NCBI GenBank assembly: GCA_963422735.1
Contig: OY730476.1
Span: 1,696,001-1,760,000 of the forward strand
Source of the DNA: Candidatus Latescibacterota bacterium
GTDB lineage: Bacteria > Latescibacterota > UBA2968 > UBA8231
Reading direction: 5' to 3'
Length of the DNA: 64,000 bases
Below are positions 60,350 to 64,000 of the stretch, piece after piece. Position 1 is the first letter of the stretch. Every line of letters starts with the position of its first letter. A program made the translations under genes and the position numbers. The notes under the pieces were generated by a model that saw nothing but the letters and a program-made list of their open reading frames with translations, searched no databases and had not been told where the DNA came from.

Positions 60350-62587
60350 CTACAGCCCGCTCACGGCTGCGACGAGGGCCTCGGTCGTAATGCCAAAGTG
60401 CGCCCACGTCTCTAGATGGCCTTCTGACGGGGCCGTCGTCGGGTCGGTGATGCCGATGTGCGCTGCCGGAATTCCCAAGTCACCGGCGACGGTTGCCACC
60501 AGCCCGGCGAAACCGCGCACGCCGACATTGACCGCGCCGATCAGGCCATCTTCTATGGTTGCCACGCCCTTGGGATAGCGGCTTACGAGCTTTTCGAGGG
60601 TTTCGTCGGGCAGCGGTAGTCCATTGATGATGTGTGCATCCACCGCGCCTTCGAGCTGTTCGGCCGCTTCGCCAGCGAGAAAAGCTGGCGCGCCAAAAGC
60701 TAGGATCGCTCGCTCGGCTCCGGAGTATGTGCGATAGGCGGTCATCGGCTCCCAATCATCGCCCGCTTCCCACAGCGGCTCCGAGCCGTTTTGCTTTTCG
60801 AGGATGGGCAGGGAGTCGCGCGGGATGCCGATGATGTGTCCTCCGTAGTGCGCCGCCATATCGCAGACAGCTAAAAACGCCACCCGCGCATCGGCTGGCC
60901 CGTAGAAGCGGTGCAGATAGGGCAAATAGCTCAAGCCGACGTTGATCCACTCCAAGCCCCAACCCGAAAAGTGATCGCGCCCGGTGCAGGCCCCCACGTG
61001 CGAGACGTGGAAGCCGACGTTGAGGCCCTCGTTGACGCCAGTGAGGTTGCGCTGATAACGCCAGACGTCAAAGCCCTCGCGGGCAATACCCTCGTAAAAG
61101 GCGGCAAATGTCGATACCACATTGAGCTGCGGACCCGGCGCGCTCATCGCCAACCCATCGATGATCAGACAAGCGGCTTGCTCCTCAATGCTCATCTCAA
61201 ACTGGTGATCGGCGGCCAAGAAACCGCGCGCCTTCGCCAGTTTGGTCGAGGGGTCGAGATCGCAGCTAACGACGAAGACGCCGTCGGGAAAATGCGCGGC
61301 CACCGCCGCGTACCCGGCTTCGGAGCCGGCGCGCGGGCTTTCGCTCGTGCCCGCCGAGGGCAGGCTGACCTCTTGCTTGATGCTTTGGGGCAGGACCAAG
61401 TTGCGGCTGCCGGGAGCGGGTCTCGCTCGGGTTTCGACTTGGCGCTTCTCGTCTTGGCGCAGCGACGCTAGGGCTTGGCAAGCCGCCGCTGTTTTTTGGA
61501 ACATCGGATTGCTCAGCACTTGCGCTGCGTCGCGGCCTTTCATGTGGCCGTCGTGATGCCCTTCGCCGCCGGGTAGCTTGTTGACCAAGAAGATGCACTC
61601 GAGCATCGGCACTACGTCGCGGTAGCTCATCAGCGAACCGGGAACCCAGATGCGGGTGCTGAGAGCGACGCCGTGCTCGGCGGCGAACGTTGCGACCTCG
61701 GAACCAATGCCCAAACGCTCGCCAAAGTCGTCGAGGCGCTCGTGCGTTCCCGTGGGATAAATCAGCGCGGGCCGGCCCTGCTGCGCCAGTTTGTAGCCTT
61801 CGAGATAGATTTCGTAGAGCGTCGCGGCGTCGTGCAGGGTCTCGATCTCGATGATTTCTACGCCCATCGCCGCGACGCTCGGGCGCGGGTCCTTGTCCAT
61901 AATGCCCTCGGTAGTGCCCGAAAGCTGGATGCCGTTGCGATGCATGACAAAGGTGATCGGTGCCCCGTGGACGGCTGCGCCATTGAAGCCATTGAGGGCC
62001 TGACCCGAAATGTAGCCGGCGTCGCCACAATGGCAGATGACCCAGCTGCCCTCGCCGCGCTTGGCCCGCTTGCCGAGGGCTTGGCCCACGGCCACCGGGA
62101 TCATCACCCCCAAACGCCCACCGTTGAGTTGGGTGCCGCCCGGCAGCCAAGACACGTGCCCGGGAACATCGAGCCCGCGGCGAAAACCCTCGACGACGAT
62201 CTCCTCATCGACAAAGCCCAGCGCCGCCAATGCCGCATAGTAGCCCACGGAGGTGTGGGCGTGTTCAATGGTGTATTCGATGCGTTCGTAATCGGTGATC
62301 GCCAAGGTCAGCAAGAGCGACGGAATCAACTCTAGGCCACCGCCGAGGTGGTCCAGCTCGCCGATTTCAGCTAGCGAGGCCAGCGAGCGGATCGCGATCT
62401 CGGCCGCTTCGATCTGCAAGCCCTCTAGAGCGGCAATTTGCTCTTGGTGCAGTGCTTGTTGTTTGCCGATATCCACTGTGAGCGGCAAGACCTCGGAATG
62501 CACCTTCGCGCCCAAGTAGCGCACTCCGCCCAACAGCTCTTTGTTGCGCTGCCGCTGGCCTGCTTGCGCCGCTTCGATCCCCCGCAT
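60350..62587 (-). CDS. Transketolase-like TPP enzyme (single chain)
   Basis: DHLGG, GH, GDAG..N TPP motif, DL..ST, SIEEQ, H.S. Confidence 0.8.
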   Translation of the reverse strand: MRGIEAAQAGQRQRNKELLGGVRYLGAKVHSEVLPLTVDIGKQQALHQEQIAALEGLQIEAAEIAIRSLASLAEIGELDHLGGGLELIPSLLLTLAITDYERIEYTIEHAHTSVGYYAALAALGFVDEEIVVEGFRRGLDVPGHVSWLPGGTQLNGGRLGVMIPVAVGQALGKRAKRGEGSWVICHCGDAGYISGQALNGFNGAAVHGAPITFVMHRNGIQLSGTTEGIMDKDPRPSVAAMGVEIIEIETLHDAATLYEIYLEGYKLAQQGRPALIYPTGTHERLDDFGERLGIGSEVATFAAEHGVALSTRIWVPGSLMSYRDVVPMLECIFLVNKLPGGEGHHDGHMKGRDAAQVLSNPMFQKTAAACQALASLRQDEKRQVETRARPAPGSRNLVLPQSIKQEVSLPSAGTSESPRAGSEAGYAAVAAHFPDGVFVVSCDLDPSTKLAKARGFLAADHQFEMSIEEQAACLIIDGLAMSAPGPQLNVVSTFAAFYEGIAREGFDVWRYQRNLTGVNEGLNVGFHVSHVGACTGRDHFSGWGLEWINVGLSYLPYLHRFYGPADARVAFLAVCDMAAHYGGHIIGIPRDSLPILEKQNGSEPLWEAGDDWEPMTAYRTYSGAERAILAFGAPAFLAGEAAEQLEGAVDAHIINGLPLPDETLEKLVSRYPKGVATIEDGLIGAVNVGVRGFAGLVATVAGDLGIPAAHIGITDPTTAPSEGHLETWAHFGITTEALVAAVSGL

Positions 62588-62664
62588 GTAGAACTCCCCT
62601 AAGTGGGTATTTTCAGTTGAGTAAAGGACTTTAAAAGTATAAACCCAGCACCGAATGCGGGCAA

Positions 62665-63675
62665 TTAACGCGGCTTGAATTGCACCGCCAATTTCTCTGC
62701 CCACGCCTTGTTCGCGTCGATCGTGCGCCCGGCATTGTGGGGAGTATGTACCACGTTGTGCCGCCCCAGTAGCGGATCGTCCAGGGGCAGCGGCTCTTGG
62801 TCCCACACGTCCGCCGCTAGGCTCAGCTCGTCGGCCATCACTCGTCGCCGGATTGAGCCGGTATCGCAGATTCTGGCTCTAGTCACCAGTACCACTAGAC
62901 AGCCCTTGGGCAGCGCGTCAATGTGCCCAGCGTCGACTAAGCCGCGCGTCGATTCCGCGAGCGGCACCATGGGCGCGAACACTTCGGCATCGGCGACTAG
63001 CTGCTCTAGATGGTACACGCGGCGCGATCCGGCCCGGTGGAAGCACGGCTCTGTGGCAAACGGATCCCAAGCCGCCACCTCGGCTCCCAGCATCGCAGCG
63101 AAGCTGGCGTAGCGGCTGGCGATATTGCCGGCCCCTACGATCCGCACCCGCTTGCCGCACAGCGTGCCATTGGCAAAAGCCGGGTCGTCGCCAAACTGGT
63201 GCCCTCGCCCTCCGGGCCGCCCCTCGCCCTCGGACGGCTCGTAGTTCCAAGGCGCTTGGCTTTGGATGATCTGTCGGTGCAACTGCGGAATTCGCCGCAG
63301 CCCGCACAGCGTCAATGCCAACCCAAATTCCGCTACGGTCTGAGACCAAAATCCCTCGCTCGGATGGTCGTAAACAGCGACGCCGGCCTCGGCCAGATAC
63401 TCGCTACAGCCCTCGCCTAGCCGCCGGCCATAAGACCCCTGAAAGGTCGCTTCCTGCAATGCGCTGAAACGCTGTAGGCACGTCAGGCGCACCGGCACCC
63501 CCAGCGCAACCAACCGCGCCACGCGGCTCGGATCCTCGACGAACTCGCCCAAGGGCCGCTCGTCTCCATGCGCTAGACGCACAAAGCCCGCTTCGGGCCA
63601 CAAGGTGCGGAAGTGGTCGGCGGCAAAGGGCCAAACTCCGTCAAAATCTGGATGAACGACGATCAAATCGCCCAT
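62665..63675 (-). CDS. D-isomer-specific 2-hydroxyacid dehydrogenase family
   Basis: VAEF.L.L.L..LR, GAGNIA, DVWDQEPL, TPH.AG. Confidence 0.88.
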   Translation of the reverse strand: MGDLIVVHPDFDGVWPFAADHFRTLWPEAGFVRLAHGDERPLGEFVEDPSRVARLVALGVPVRLTCLQRFSALQEATFQGSYGRRLGEGCSEYLAEAGVAVYDHPSEGFWSQTVAEFGLALTLCGLRRIPQLHRQIIQSQAPWNYEPSEGEGRPGGRGHQFGDDPAFANGTLCGKRVRIVGAGNIASRYASFAAMLGAEVAAWDPFATEPCFHRAGSRRVYHLEQLVADAEVFAPMVPLAESTRGLVDAGHIDALPKGCLVVLVTRARICDTGSIRRRVMADELSLAADVWDQEPLPLDDPLLGRHNVVHTPHNAGRTIDANKAWAEKLAVQFKPR

Positions 63676-63676
63676 G

Positions 63677-64000
63677 TTATTCGCTTTCCCAACTAAAAAA
63701 TGGCTGCGTCCAAGCAAACGCCTCTCCTGCTCCCCAACACTCAAAGCGCACGTATCCGGCCCGCTTGGGCACCTCCACCTCAATTTCTCGCCCATCGGCC
63801 GCGGCTATCCGCTTTGCACCAGCGCACAAGGCCACGATCCGCGCCGCGTTCTCCGTCTCAATCCAGATCCTGTTTCCCTCGACTTGGATCTGGTTGATTG
63901 CGACGCCCGTCGATGCGTAAAAGCGACCGACGCGTAGGGCCTCCATCACGCCGTGGGCCGTCTCCTCCGCCACGTAGGCCACATTCCACCCCAAGCCCAC
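63677..64000 (-). CDS. C-terminal part of a PHP-domain metallohydrolase (partial, runs off window)
   Basis: GW..V..ALR.GRFYASTG, YVR.EC..AWTQPF. Confidence 0.65.
   Translation of the reverse strand: MGLGWNVAYVAEETAHGVMEALRVGRFYASTGVAINQIQVEGNRIWIETENAARIVALCAGAKRIAAADGREIEVEVPKRAGYVRFECWGAGEAFAWTQPFFSWESE

Overview
GC-rich bacterial chromosomal window of about 55 genes and gene remnants. The gene content (seven PhyH-type dioxygenases, DUF4159 proteins, NYPNPFNP C-terminal sorting domains, Gfo/Idh/MocA pairs) resembles Latescibacterota/Poribacteria-type host-associated bacteria; that placement is inference only. Most of it is sugar/oxidative metabolism and DNA housekeeping (topB, tag, comM, EndoQ-UvrD fusion), with heavy erosion (a dozen or more frameshifted or internally deleted genes). 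The standout is an intact two-gene minus-strand operon at 31943-35688: an ECF sigma factor with its own ECF-type promoter, translationally coupled to a 1049-aa single-chain, stripped-down fusion of RNA polymerase beta and beta'. The fusion keeps both double-psi barrels, DFDGD and the sigma-binding clamp helices but lacks the lobe, flap, Zn-binding domain, trigger loop and jaw. Other notable loci: a lower-GC three-gene cassette with a possible ART/RES-like toxin nested between the two ends of a deleted restriction-modification gene (50065-52717); a redox cluster (FMN-binding protein, two thioredoxin-like proteins, 6-Cys secreted peptide) at 12594-15262; and a CTAG-rich/CCWGG-poor mutational signature. 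All family assignments are by eye and from remembered motifs; no searches were run.
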